DNA from: Flaccisagitta enflata
Lineage: Eukaryota
Assembly: GCA_965153355.1 (NCBI GenBank)
Contig: OZ231126.1
Location: forward strand, 17,422,001 to 17,486,000
Direction of reading: 5' to 3'
DNA: 64,000 nucleotides
Shown: positions 42,794 through 56,260 of the stretch, piece after piece
How the letters are laid out: each line of letters begins with the position of its first letter
Numbering within the stretch: position 1 is the stretch's first letter
The notes under the pieces: generated by a model
The model's database searches: none
What the model was told of the DNA's origin: nothing
What the model saw: only the letters and a program-made list of their open reading frames with translations
Program-made: the position numbers and the translations under genes

Positions 42794-43510
42794 CTCAGCA
42801 GGCGTACTTGTTACTTGCCTTCCCTACTCAAATGAGACTTTCTCGAACTCACTTCTGCAAAAACAAAGGCGAGGTTTTGATTCTGATTCATATTCGATGA
42901 TGACTGGAAACCGAATGACCAATTGACCATTCGACTTAAGACGCGTATGAGCATGCCTGAGAATGAATGACAGGATGGGAAGAGACAAAGAAAACAAGGC
43001 CAACACCTATGAGACGCGTGCGGGACATAAATATTTTAAGATGATTTAAATTGACTTTAAATGACTCAAGAGGACTTTAAATGACCTAAACAACTAAATT
43101 GACCTGTTTGACTTAAGTGACTTGATATTACTTAAAATGACTTAAAATGACTTAAAATGAGTCGTAATCACTAATAATGGCATTTGGGGAGGAGCTTCGA
43201 GCCCAAAAAGCTTAAAAGTAAAAAGGGGACCGAACAGACCGATGGACAAACAAAGCAGGGTGCAGAGTCACATGCTTGTGACTAAAAAAAAAAAAAAAAA
43301 AAAGAAAGAAAGAAGAAAGAAAACAGAGAGGGAATATGAGCATAGAAAGGAAGAGAGAAATAGGTGAAAGCCTGAGTAGGAGAAGAAATGGAGACTAGAA
43401 AAGAGGAAAAAATAAGATAGAAAAATAAATAAAGAAGGGAAGAAAGAAAAGACAGAAAGAAAGAAAAGGAATGAAAGGAATTAACAAGAAGAAAGAAAGA
43501 AAGAAAGAAA

Positions 43511-43559
<49 letters not shown>

Positions 43560-43644
43560 AAAAAAGAAAGAAAGAAAGAAAGAAAGAAAGAAAAAAGAAA
43601 GAAAGAAAGAAAAAAGAAAGAAAGAAAGAAAGAAAAAAGAAAAA

Positions 43645-43716
<72 letters not shown>

Positions 43717-44562
43717 AAAAAAAAAGGAAAAAAGAAAAAAAAAATTAGAAAGATGGGAAACATTTGAAAGAAGTGAAAGAAAAGATGAGAAATGAGGAAA
43801 GAAAGAAGTGAAAGAATCGAAAAGGGATAGGGAGCGGAGTTACATCATTGTCGCGTATTGTTGGGCAGGAGCACACCCCCACCCCCCACCATCTCCTCTT
43901 CCAAACCCCCTTTTTACACACAGACCGAGTATTTCAAACAAGGCCAGGAACACGATCAATGAGAAGTCGCTGGCAGGTAGGCAGGATCAGTAATGGGTTG
44001 GGGCACTGGGTGAGTTCGGGCTGTAATGGGACTGGGCAGGGGCTTCATCCAAAATTTCGCGTTACCAACATACCAACCTACCTACGGACACAGCCTCTTG
44101 TAGAGTCGCTCAGCCAGCGACTTAACAGGCAACTCCAGGATGGACGGACCAGCAGACGGATGGACCAACTGACGGGCGGACAAAGCCTCCTATATAGTCT
44201 TATATAGTCTGCAAAAGAAGAGGAAGAAGAACAAAAACAAAAGAAAAAAAAAAAACGAGAACAGTAGAGAAGAAAAGAAAAGGGATAGAAAGATAACAAG
44301 GCCGGATACACGGCTACCTTAGTCGCGTGCGGGTGGGCGGGGGGCGGAAAAAAAAGGCAAAGTGTGACCGACCGACCGACAGACAGACAGACGGACAGAA
44401 AAGGTTAAGGAGTCGCGTGCACGCGACTAAAAAAAAAGCACAGAAAACAAGGATTAGGAAGGCTGAAATATGTACGACTTACAGATGCGTCCTTATTGCT
44501 CTCTCCCCGTTACTAAGCCTGTTATCGCGCGCAAGAGAGAGAGAGAGTTAGTGAGAGAGAGA

Positions 44563-44637
<75 letters not shown>

Positions 44638-44686
44638 GGACAGACAGACAGACAAGACAGAGAAACAGACAGACAGACAGACAGAC

Positions 44687-44737
<51 letters not shown>

Positions 44738-44769
44738 AAAAAGCTGGAAGGCAATAACCCCCCAGGCTA

Positions 44770-47700
44770 GGATTTTTACCTTAAGGCTAGGATTTGGGCC
44801 TCGAGGCGAGGATTTGTCTTTCGAGACTGGAATTTGGGCCTTGAGACTGGAATTAGGGCCTTGAGACTGGGATTTGGGGGGGGGGAAGGAGAAGGAGAAG
44901 AAGGAGGAGGAGAAAATTCCCCATATGTGTGTAAACAATAGGTCATCGACTCCTTTGGGGCCGCTGCCCAAAAAGAGAAACTGACTGACTGACCGACCAA
45001 CCAACCAACAAAGCGGGATCTAGAGTCGCGTAGCACGCGACTAAAGATATGAACATACTAGTTCAAACAGCTAGCATTGCACTGCTATACAAGATGATTC
45101 TTTTTAATTGCGGACTGGCAACTCTATGAGAGTTTTTGTCCGTCTGTTGGTCTGTCCATCCATTGGTCCGTCAGTACAAGTCGCAAAATTGGAAAATGAG
45201 CAATTTAGATGCTTTTTGGGCAGCGACCCCAAAGGGCTGATGTCCTGTAGGACACGGGGGTAAATTTACAGACGTCCATCCATCCATCCTTCCGTCCGTC
45301 CGTCCCCCCCCCTCTTAGACCCAAAATCAGCCCCCTCAGCCCCATCAGGCGCCAAATCAGCCCTCTCAGGCTCAAAATCAGACCTCTCATTTGTCTCTTC
45401 AAGTGAAAAACAGGTCGCCCAAGGGCAATATATGGTCAGCGATACCCTTTGCCCTGCTTTGAGTGATTGTGAGTTGGAGTGAGGGGAAGCAGGGCAGCGG
45501 CCCCGAAGGGACGAAGTCCAGTAGAACACAGGGGGACTTTCGTTTGTCACCTTACCCGGATGATGAGATGCTACATAGAGGGTTGACTGAAGAGGCCCTT
45601 CAAGAGCTTAATTGAGTCTGAAGGCATAGGAAGCCAGTGGAAGCTTGAGAGGACTTATTTGGAGCTTTAATTTGAGGCATGCGAGGTTTGAGGGCATGGG
45701 GAATTTCGATTTGAGGCACATGAGGAGGCCTAGTTTGAGGTCTGAAAGGCCAGGTTTGAGGCCTGCTAGGTCAGATTTGAGGCCTGAGAGGCCGGATTGA
45801 ACCTGAGAGGCTGGATTTATGTGAAGAGTGAATTTGAGGCCTGAGAGGCTGGATTAGAGGCCTGGGAGGCTGGATTAGGAGCCTGAGAGGCTGAATTTGA
45901 GGCCTGAGAGGCTAGATTTTAGGCCTGAGGGGCCTGATAAGGGGGACGCACGAACGGACGGACGCAGGCACGGACGAACGAATGTCCCCCTGTGTTCTGC
46001 AGGACTTCGTCCCCTTGGAACCTTCTTAAAAACTATGCGAAACCGCGACGGCACACCAAAAAACAGGAATGGAAAACTAGTCATCCAAGGATCGCACATG
46101 GTCAGCGGTACCCGATGCCCTGCTGGGAGTGATCCAGTGAAGAAGTGGAGTGAGAGCAGGGCAGCGGCCCCCAAGGAGCCGATGTCCTGTAGAACACAGG
46201 GGGAAATTTCGAGATGTCCGTCCTACCGTCTGTCTTGAAGGGGCTGGAGATGGCTGATTTAGGCCACTGAAGGCATATTTGAGGGCTGGAGGGCATAATT
46301 AAGGCTTGGAGACCAAATTTTAGGTTTGGAGGGCTGGTTTTATGCTCAAAGGGCTGGTTGAAGATCTGGAGGGCAGATATAAGGTCTGGAGGGCGGATAT
46401 GAGGTCTGGAGGGCAGATTTGAGGTCTGGAGGGCAGATTTGAGGCATGGGGGGGCTAATTTGAGGCCAGAAGGGCTGATTTGAGGCCTGGAGGGCTAAAT
46501 TGCAGCCTGGGAGGACTAATTTGAGGCCTTGATAGTCAACAGGGGGGGGACGGAGAGGACGGACGGAGGACAGGCGGAAAGAATGGACAGGCATATGAGA
46601 ATTCCCCCTGTGTTCTACAGGACATTGGCCCTTTGGGGCCGCTGCCCAAAAAGCAGTATATGCCAAAAAATATATAAAAATATATAAGAAATATATATAA
46701 AAATATATAAAAATATATATAAATATAAATATATAAAAATATATATAAAAAAAATCTATAAAATAGTCGCAAGCGTTAGATGGTCAGCGGTACCTGATGC
46801 CCCTATGTGAGTGTATGTGGGTATGAGGTGGTTAGTGGGGCAGCGGCCCCGAAGGGGCCGATGACCTATGCTGATTTTATTTGAGCCTGGAGGCTTGGAT
46901 TTGAGCCTGGAGGCTTGGATTTGAGCCTGGAGGCTGGGATTTGAGCTTCATGGCTGGGATTTGAGCTTCAATGCTGGGATTTGAGTTTCAATGCTGGGAT
47001 TTAAGCCTCAAGGCTGGGATTTGAGCCTTGAGGCTGAGATTTGAGCCCTGAGGCTGAGATTTGAGCCTTGAGGCTGGGATTGGAGCCTCGAGGCTGGGAT
47101 TGGAGCCTTGAGGCTGGGATTTGAGCCTCAAGGCTGAGCTTTGAGCCCTCAGGCTGGGATTTGAGCCTTGAGGCTGGGATTTGAGCCTTGAGCCTGGGAT
47201 TTGAGCCCAGAGGCTGGGTTTTGAGCCCCCAGGCTGGGATTTGAGCCTTGAGGCTGGGATTTGGGCCTAGAGGCTAGGATTTGGGCCTCGTGCTGGAATA
47301 TGAGCTCAAGGGCGGAGTGCAGGGCAGAGAAGAAGGAGAAGAAGGAGACAGAGAAATTTCCCCATGTGTGAAAGCATAGGTCATCGGCCCCTTCTGGGCC
47401 GCTGCCCAAAAAAACAGTATATGCCGAAGTATATACTAACGGATTCTACAATGCCCTCGCCATGCGGACGCAATGTCTGCCTTGGGGGTCTATTCTCTAC
47501 CCTACACTACTCTACTCTACTCTCAGGTCCAAAATTAGCTTTCTCAAGCCCAACAATCAGCCCACTAAGGCCCTAAATCAGCTTTCTCAAGCCCAAAAAT
47601 CAACCCACTAAGGCCCCAAATCAGCCTTGTCAGGCCCAAAATCAACCATTTCAGGCCTAGAATCAGCCCTCTCATATTTAAAATCTGACCATTTAGGTCT

Positions 47701-47993
47701 CAATTCACCCCTCCAAATAACCTTCTCAGGTCTCTAATCTGCCCTTATCCTTGATCTCATTCGAGCCCTTGGACCCCCCTAATCAGCCCCTACATGCCTC
47801 ATTGCTGTGCTCCAATCAATCAATTCAGCCCTTAAATGTGCCGTCCCAGGACATCTGAAAATTAACCCCTGTGTTCTATAGGACATCGGCCCTTTCGGGC
47901 CGCTGCCCTGCTCTCAATCCCACTTCTTCACTTGATCACTCCAAGCAGGGCATCGGGTACCGCTGACCATGTGCGATCCTTGGATGACTAGTT
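44770..47993. mobile_element. Cluster of family B HINE-like elements with 20/21-bp minisatellites
   Basis: Repeated GGGCAGCGGCCCC..GTCCTGTAGAACACAGGGGG and GGTCAGCG(G/A)TACCC motifs; copies at ~44770-44972, 45213-45545, 46075-46648, 46762-47408, 47520-47993. Confidence 0.75.
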
Positions 47994-47996
47994 GTA

Positions 47997-48604
47997 CTAT
48001 CTTCGCCAAAAGAAACGCGACACCTTTTACCTTGAATATCTTTGCTTCTAGAGATTTTAGAAACTTAAAAAAACAAACAAATTATTTCACTCCAAAAGAT
48101 CTACAAAATGAGTCCAATCTGGCAACTGTATCTTAAAGCGATTAGAAATGGCAAGCAGAAGAAAAGAAGTAGTTATTTTCAGAATTAAGAAAAAATCGTG
48201 AAAAAAAAGAATAGAAATTTGATGTAAGTTTAACTTTGGTTATCTCAGCTTCTGGAAAAGCTAGATACTTTTTTCAAAAAAGCAAATTAATCTACATCAA
48301 GAAATCTAAAAGATGAGCGTAATCTGGGCTCTGTAGCTGAAACCCTTTAAAAATGGCAAGCAAAAGAGTAGACCTGTTTTATAAATAAATAGGCTTGCAA
48401 AAACTGTGGACAAATGAGAAAAGGTTGTCATATCTAGTAATGAAGAAATGGTAAGAAATTGAATTTTTGATTCACAGCCTGGTTTGTTTCATATGAAAAA
48501 AACTCACTTGACTTACAATCTCTCTCAGTCACCAAATTTTGTCAGATAATAGTCAATGAAACCATAACATTCCCAGGGTGTCGCGTTTCTTTTGGCGAAG
48601 ATAG
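47997..48604. mobile_element. MITE, TA TSD, perfect 28-bp TIRs
   Basis: TA|CTATCTTCGCCAAAAGAAACGCGACACC...GGTGTCGCGTTTCTTTTGGCGAAGATAG|TA. Confidence 0.92.
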
Positions 48605-48878
48605 TATATGTGTGTGTGTTTTGGAGGGGGGTCCTGGAGAGTGGATGGGGGTTGGATGCCCCTGCCCCCGTCCGCGACGATTTTGTAACCCTGCATTACT
48701 TATTGTAAGATAAACGCTACTTGCTGTGTATCATCTCACTACTCATTACATAAGAATTGAATGGATGTAAGCAAATCAAAGTTATCCAAAATTGCAAGGC
48801 TGTTATATTGATGGAATGAATTTAATTCATGATTCGATGGAATTGGGCTGACAGCTTGACAACTATAATGAATAGATT

Positions 48879-49634
48879 AACCAGTCGCCCAAGGGCAATA
48901 TGTGGTCAGCGATACCCGTTGCCCTGCTATGTATGTTGGTGAATGTAGGTGATGCCGTGATGGGTAGCAGGGCAGCGGCCCTGAAGGAGACGATGTCCTG
49001 TAGAACACAGGGGGACTTCGTCCGTTTGTCCGTCTGCGTGTGCAGATTTGAGCCTTGAGGCTGGCTGGGATTTGAGCCACAAGGCTGGGATTTGAGCCTT
49101 GAGGATTGGATTTGGGCCTCGAGGCTGGAATTTGAGGCTCAAGGCTGGGATTTGAGGCTCAAGGCTGGGATTTGAGCCTTGAGGCTGGAATTTGTGCCTC
49201 AAGGCTAGAATTTGAGCCGTGAGGCTAGGATTTAAGCCTTTAGGCTAGGATTTGAGCCTTGAGGCTGGGATTTGAGCCTTGAGGCTAGGATTTGAGCCTT
49301 GAGGCTGGGATTTGAGGCTTGAGGCTAGGATTTGAGCCCCAAGGATGGTATTTGAGCCTCGAGGCTCGGATTTGAGCCTTGAGGCTGGGATTTGGCTCAA
49401 GGCTGGGATTTGAGCATGGAGACTGGGATTTAGCCTTGAGGGCTCAGTTTGAACGCGGGGCTGGGATTTGAGCCCAGCAGAGGCTGGGATTTGAGCCTGG
49501 GGGCTGGGATTTGGGCTATCAAGGCTGGGGTTTGAGCCTCAGAGTAGGGGGACACTTGCACGCACGAGCAGATGAGCAGACGACAAAAAGTCCTGTGTTC
49601 TACAGGACATTGTCCCCTCCAGGGCCGCTGCCCA
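48879..49634 (-). mobile_element. Family B HINE-like element with 20-bp GATTTGAGCCTTGAGGCTGG array
   Basis: Tail GTCGCCCAAGGGCAAT, two subTIRs, roughly 23 minisatellite units at 49045-49540. Confidence 0.75.
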
Positions 49635-50475
49635 AAAACCGGGATTGTGAGAAGGACGAAGCTTATATAACAAATAATTGCCATCTCTAATTGAGCAGTA
49701 TAATAGTGACAAAGTAGATTGCGAAATTATAAATAGCAGCAATCTTACAAACACACTTTTTACAAAATTCCACCAATTCGTGGAGACTTTGTGGGGAAAA
49801 AATCAAGAAGAACTGTGACGAAATAACAAAATAACGAAATATCGCCTATTACAAAGTACTACTAAGACATAAGAATTGCAACACCTAGGGTACAAATTCA
49901 TTTAATCACCGATATGGTTCAATACAATTCAATAAAAGTCAAAACAAGCAAATAAATATAATGTTTGTTCCTCGTGAGCCTGAATGACAGATTTCATTTG
50001 CTTCGTGAGGTAATTTGGTCTGACTTGTCTGCAGATCTTCTGTGCAGTTTTTAGTTGCGGACACGCAACTCTATAAGAGGCTTTGTCCGTCCGTCCGTCC
50101 GTCCGTCTGTCCGTTGGTTGGTCCGTGACCACGAGTCGAAAAGTGGAAAAATGAGCGTTTTAAAACATTTTTAGTTGCAGGCAGTGCATTTCCGCCCCTG
50201 CCCACCTGTCCGCAACTGGTGGCCGTGTATCAAATCTGCTATCAAAATTGAGATGTCAGAACTCAAAATTTTGGGTTTCCCATAACGGTATGTCCAACAG
50301 GGGATAACTTCTGGTAAGGTAGTAGTGATGTTCAAAATTTATGTCACCTGATGCCCAAGACGGCACAACAATAAGAACGCAATGGTGAATTTCATTATCA
50401 TTGCGTTTAGTTATTTAAGTAGAGTCTAATAAATACATATATTTTCAATTGAACATATTTCATAACACTTGCGAT

Positions 50476-52028
50476 TCACATGTTTGACGTTAGCCACTGG
50501 TTAACACCTTTGATCAACACATTTTCTTTCCCCAATACCGGGTCCTCATTTTCCCGCTCCCTCAAATTCGTATTCTTATCATATTTCTCCATCGATTCCT
50601 TTTTCTGGTCATTAATTTCAAACCCATTTTCTTTGACAATAATTTTCTCCTCCGAATTCATCCCATTTTCCACTCCCTTATCATCATCATCATCAACATC
50701 GCCTTCCTCCAAGTCTTCTCCACCAACGTACATCAATTCGTCGAATTTTTTCGTGAATACACAGACGCCATCAACCGGGAACGCAATTGTCCACTATAAT
50801 TCGTAAGCAGCCGAAAATGACGCAGACCACGGGCGCGAAAATGGACGGCGCCAAATGTTTCGAGGGAATAACGATGACGCCGAAAATGACGTTATAACCA
50901 TGCCAAAAAAAAAAAATTGCACAACTTTTTGACGACTCTTGGTTCGTTCATAGGAGGTGAAACTATAAAAAATCAGTGAGCATTCTAAAGAGCTTCAAAA
51001 AATCTATCAATTGAGTGGTGTCAGAGCGTTGTAGCTCAAAAACTTTAGAAACTACAATGATATGAAGTAATAATGTCAATTCTGCTTACTGCCAGAAAGA
51101 GCGTTTTTACACATCCTTTTGAACTGTACCATTCACTTTCATATAATCATAATTTCTAAACGGATTAAGTTACAAATTTCTGCTTGGCGCCATTTTGAAG
51201 AAAATTTTCTAAATTTTTTTTTACTCATGAATTTTTTTGAGTTTAGGTCAGTATTTACATTGATACATATGAAAAAGAGGAAAATTCTTATGATTGATTG
51301 ATTGGTTTTGAGGGAAGTGGAGTTATTAACTTCATTTAGTTGTCATTCCCAAACAGAAAAAGCTATAACATTCTGCTTGGTCTAGTTTTAAAGAATTTTT
51401 GAATATCTTTCTAACGGTCACTGATTTTTTATAGTTTACTATACAAAGAGCAATGGGGCGTGTGTTTAAAGGTAAGTGTGCAATTTTTTTCTTTGGCATG
51501 GTTAAACGCAGCGGATAAAGACGAGCAGAGACACGCGCGCCGCGGCCAGCTTGGCCAATATTTCCGGTACGTCGCTGAAAACGTAGTTTCCGTAGATGAT
51601 GATCATCACGCTCCCGGAAGCGGATGAGAAGTGTGCAATCGAGCAAATGATATGCCAAGGAACTCTTCGAACGAAACGCCTCAACTGGGGTGGGAGAAGG
51701 GAAGCCCACGGCCTGACCAATGTAAGTAGGACAAGGAGCGAGGCGCAGATAGTGTTGGAGGCGAAAAAAAACAATTTACAAATATCTCCTTGGCTCCGCA
51801 TTTGGTAAATGTATCTGGATCGATTCTGTACTGCGCCGTGGCGGTGAATAAACTCGTTAGGATGAACACAGCCATGGGCAGCATCGAAGCGGCGACGGGG
51901 TGACGGGAGCTGATGAAATATTCCCGTCGGTGGAAATGGACGAAAGTGGAGAGAGTGAGTACGACTGTGACCGTAGAAGACGCGATGGAAACACTTTGGA
52001 GAAAGGTCAAACCTTCGTAGCATCCCTG
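50476..52028 (-). pseudogene. XKR: Disrupted paralogue of exon 2 of the XK-related gene
   Basis: Colinear with 36884-37860 (QGCYEGLTFLQSVSI..HRREYFISSRHPVAASMLPMAVFILTSLFTATAQYRIDPDTF..). Lesions: frameshift in A8 at 51764-51771, MITE at 50897-51502, TGA at 50771-50773 where the paralogue has AGA (VPG*WRL), frameshift in T6 at 50746-50751. Confidence 0.85.
50897..51502. mobile_element. MITE, TA TSD, inserted into the XKR paralogue
   Basis: TA|ACCATGCCAAAAAAAAAAAATTGCACA...TGTGCAATTTTTTTCTTTGGCATGGT|TA; removal restores IRCVYNVIFGVIVIPSK. Confidence 0.92.
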
Positions 52029-52351
52029 AATGATAGATAAAAGTGAAATCGGAAATTTGTTTTACTTGGCATTTACAACTTTGAGCGTTTGGTCGATTGT
52101 CCGTGATTGTCACACGTGAGTGTACATGTGAAATTTCAAGTAAAAATATGTTCTACTTAAGAAATTGATGATTTACTCATGTATGTGTCCAGTCGTAGAA
52201 TGCAACAACGAAGAATTGATTCCCCTTAAAAACACACAAGCTTCTTATATACAATTTTAATTGGAATACAAGGTTTCTTTTTTTAATCACATGCCGCGAG
52301 ACTGTACACCCCTCTATGTTGGTTGGTTGGTCGATCGGTTGGTTGGTCTCC

Positions 52352-53474
52352 TTTTGGGCAGCGCCCCTAAAGGGGTCGATGACCTATACTTTCACACATA
52401 TGGGGAATTTTATCCTTCTTCTCCTTCTCCTTCTCCGTCCGTCCCCCCCCCAACTCAAGGCCTCAGGCTCAAGGCCTAAATCCCAGTCTCAACCCCAAAT
52501 GCCAGCCTCAAGGCCCAAATCTCAGCCTCAAGGCTCAAATTCCAGACTCAAATCCCATCCTTGAAACCGAAAACCCATTCCCAAGACCCAAATCATATCC
52601 TCAAGGCCCAAATCGAATCATTGAGGCTTAATCTCAGCCTCCAGGCCCAAATCCCAGCCCCAAGGCCCAAATCCCACCCTCGAGGCCTCAATCCCAGCCT
52701 TGAGGCCCAAACCCAAGTCTTGAGGCCCAAATCTTAGCCTCGATGCCCAAATCCCAGCCTAAAGCCCCAAAATCAGCCTTCAGCCTTGATGTGTGAAAGC
52801 ATAGGTCATCGACCCCTTTCAGGCCACTGCCCTGCACCCTCCCTCAACTTCAAGCAGAACCTACTTAGGCAGGAACCGGGTACCGCTAACCATCTAACTT
52901 TTGCGCTTTTGCGACTGTTTACTTTTCTGGCGTTTTTGGCGTTTTTGGCGTAGAACACAGGGGGACTTTTGTTTGTCCGTCCGTTTGTCTGTCCATCTGT
53001 TTGTCCGTCCGTCCCCCCCAGGCCCTCTCAGGCCTGAAATCTGCCCTATCAGGCCTGAAATCTGCCCTATCAGGCCTGAAATCTGCCCTCTCAAGCCTTG
53101 AATCTGCCCTCTCAGGCCTGAAATCTGCCCTCAGGCCTGCAATCTGTCCTCACAGGTCTTAAATCTGCCCTCTCATGCAGATTCAAGGCTTGAGAGGGCA
53201 GATTTCAGGTCTGAGAGGGTAGATTTCAGGCCTGATAGGGCAGATTTAAGGCCTGAGGCGGCAGATTTCAGGCCTGAGAGGGCCTGGGGGAGATGGATGG
53301 ATGGACGGACGGACGGACGGACGGACGGACGGACGGACGGACGGACGGAAAAACAAAAGTCGCCTTGTGTTCTACAGGACCTCGTCCCCTTTGGGGCCGC
53401 TGCCCTGCTTCCTCTCACTCCAATTCACTATCAAGCAAAGCAGGGCAACGGGTATTGCCCTTGGACGACCTGTT
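52352..53474 (+). mobile_element. Two adjacent family B HINE-like elements
   Basis: 52352-~52920 (20-bp array) and ~52950-53474 (21-bp AGGCCTGAAATCTGCCCTCTC array in inverted arrangement). Confidence 0.7.
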
Positions 53475-53702
53475 GATCTTTTTGAGCTCACGGCTCCTTC
53501 CCATATGCCCAAGTGACCTTTTTAGGAAGCTGGCCCAAAGGGCCAATGTCCTGGTGACTAATGGTGACTAAAGTTTCAATGGCCGCTTAGGTATACAATA
53601 TGCTCACTTATTTTCATACTGTCATCATTTTCACTCTTTCACTCTTCTTGTTCATCTTTTCTTTTTTAGACCTACTACCTTACTTTTTTTTTTCTTTGTC
53701 AT

Positions 53703-55000
53703 TTTTAGGTGCGCCAAAGCACCTCTATAATTGGCTGTGTCTGTCGGTCTGTCTGTTGGTCTGTATGCAAGTTAGTAATGCATTTGTTCAAAAATCCACA
53801 CCTTATTGGCCTACTTGGCCTTGTTTTTTTTATTTGATATTGTTTTTTTATCTTTATATCTTTCTTTATTCTCTTTCTTTCTTCTTATCTTTTCACCTCT
53901 TTCTTTCTTTTTTTCTTCTTTTTTTTCGCTTCTTTCTTTCTTTCTTTCTTTCGTTCTTTTTTCATTTCCTTCTTTCTTTCTTTCTGTCTTTCTTTCTTTC
54001 TTTCTTTCTGTCTGTCTTTCTTTCTTTCTTTCTTTTTTTTCTTTCTTTCCTTATTTTTTCTTTTTCATTCTTTTTTCTTTTTTTTTTCTTTCATTCTTTC
54101 ATCCTTTCTTTCTTTCTTTTTCTCCTTCTTTCTTTCTTTCATTCTTTATTCTTTTTTTGTCTCTTTCTGTCTTTGTTTGATTGTTTGTTTGTTTGTTTGT
54201 TTATTTGTACGGACAGGGAAAAAACTGCCACTGATTAACCAAGTGACGGATCGACGGACCATTGAACCGACTGACTGACATGCAGTATTATATACAGATG
54301 CGAGGACGCATCTAAAAAAACAACTAGTTAGTAGTTACTCAGGAAAACAAATATTTGTGGATGGGTGGGCAGGGGCGCACAACCGCCCCGCCCTCCAGAC
54401 ACATAAACACGGGCCAACGGACGAACAGAGCCTCTTATGGAGTAGCGTGTCCGCGACAAAAAAGGAGAGAGATGCCACTGAAGCGTCAGCTTGTTTGAAG
54501 TGTCATTCTATAGCTGAGCATCCCATTTCTCTCGATAAAACGGGCGACGTTGTTTACTTAAGCCTCAACGACAAAGTTTGTCTTTTCCCTTCTGAAGAGC
54601 TACAGGGTTATCAGGCTTTATACACGGCCTAAACTAAAACTGTAAACTTTGGTATTTTCCTTATGGAATGATTGTGATGAAATTGTTTATTGAATCTTGG
54701 ATTCATTGTTTTTGAAAGAAAAAAAAACTTCTTCTTTCATCCTTTTTAGTCGCTGCCTAACGACTCTATAAGAGGGTGTGTCCCTTGGTAGGTAGGTCTG
54801 TCTGAATGTCTGTCTGAATGAAATAGGAAAATTTTGATGACGCGAAATCGACTGAAAAACGGATTTCTGACCATCACAGCTCCTGCCTGGCGTCAATACA
54901 GCCCCCGCCCACTTACATACCGCCCCTGCCCACCCGCATTACTGCCCCTGCCCACCAGCAGCGACTACGGATTGGCCGTGTATCCGGCCTTGTTTTCTTG

Positions 55001-55063
<63 letters not shown>

Positions 55064-55075
55064 TTTTTCTTTTTT

Positions 55076-55131
<56 letters not shown>

Positions 55132-55334
55132 TTTGTCTTCCCTTTCATTCTTTGTTTCTTTGTTTCTGTTTCCTTATTTCTTTGTTTCTTTGTTTCTTTG
55201 TTTCGCTGTTTCGTTGCTTCGTTGTTTCGTTGCTTCTTTGTTTCTTTGTTTCTTTGTTTGTTTGCTTCTTCGTTTCTTCGTTTCTTTGTTTCTTTGTTTC
55301 CCTCTATTCCTCTTTCTTTCATTTTTTTATTTCC

Positions 55335-55407
<73 letters not shown>

Positions 55408-55756
55408 TCCTTCTTTCTTTCTTTCTTTCTTTCTCTCTAACTTTCTTCCTATCTTTCTTTCCCTTCATTTTTCTTTCTTCCCTCTTTTTTTAGTCGCGTG
55501 CTACGCGACTCTACACCCCGCTTTGTTGGTCCGTCTGTCGGTCCTTCCGTCCGCCCGTCCGCCCGTCCGTCCATCCGTCCGTCCATCCGTCCGTCCGTCA
55601 CACTTTACTTTTTGGGGTCTTTGGGGTTTTTGGCCTCACTGCTCTTGCCCAAATGATCAAATGACCTCAAAAACGGCCCCTGCCCCCCACCACGCGACTG
55701 GGGTAGCCGTGTATCCGGCCTTGTTTCCCGTCCATTCCTCCATTCCTCCATTTCTA

Positions 55757-55806
<50 letters not shown>

Positions 55807-55807
55807 C

Positions 55808-55838
<31 letters not shown>

Positions 55839-55884
55839 CTCTTTCTTTCTTTCTTTCTCTCTTTCTTTCTTTCTTTCTTAATTG

Positions 55885-55966
<82 letters not shown>

Positions 55967-56260
55967 TGATCCATCTCTATTTTTAGATGCGTCCTCGCAT
56001 CTCTATAATAGGCTGTGTCCGTTGGTCTGTCGGTCGGTCTGTTAGTCGGTAACGCATTCATTAAAAACATCAAAATCAAGCATTTTTTCAACAGAAAAGT
56101 GGTTCTGACCCAGTAAAAGAAGCATACATCTAGTTATTCATTAAATCATTAATTCATTCACAAATGACATTCATTCTTAAAAAAACATTCATTCATAAAA
56201 AACATTCATTCATAAAAAACGTTCATTCAAAGAGGACGCATCGTTGGCCTACTTGGTTCT
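53703..56260. mobile_element. Family A HINE-like copies interspersed with (TTTC)n
   Basis: Copies at ~53703-53825, 54745-54995, 55488-55725 and 55981-56260 with terminal hairpins and GGCC..GGCCTTGTT-type ends. Confidence 0.65.

Noticed and set aside
47900..47993. Family B tail as a self-cleaving ribozyme or pseudoknot
   Set aside because: No CUGANGA/GAAA hammerhead core; a possible pseudoknot in one variant is not kept in the ATCCTTGGAT variant; a DNA terminal hairpin explains it better.
46878..49540. Palindromic 20-bp arrays as a CRISPR-like locus
   Set aside because: Units are head-to-tail with no unique spacers, there are no cas genes, and the context is eukaryotic TE.
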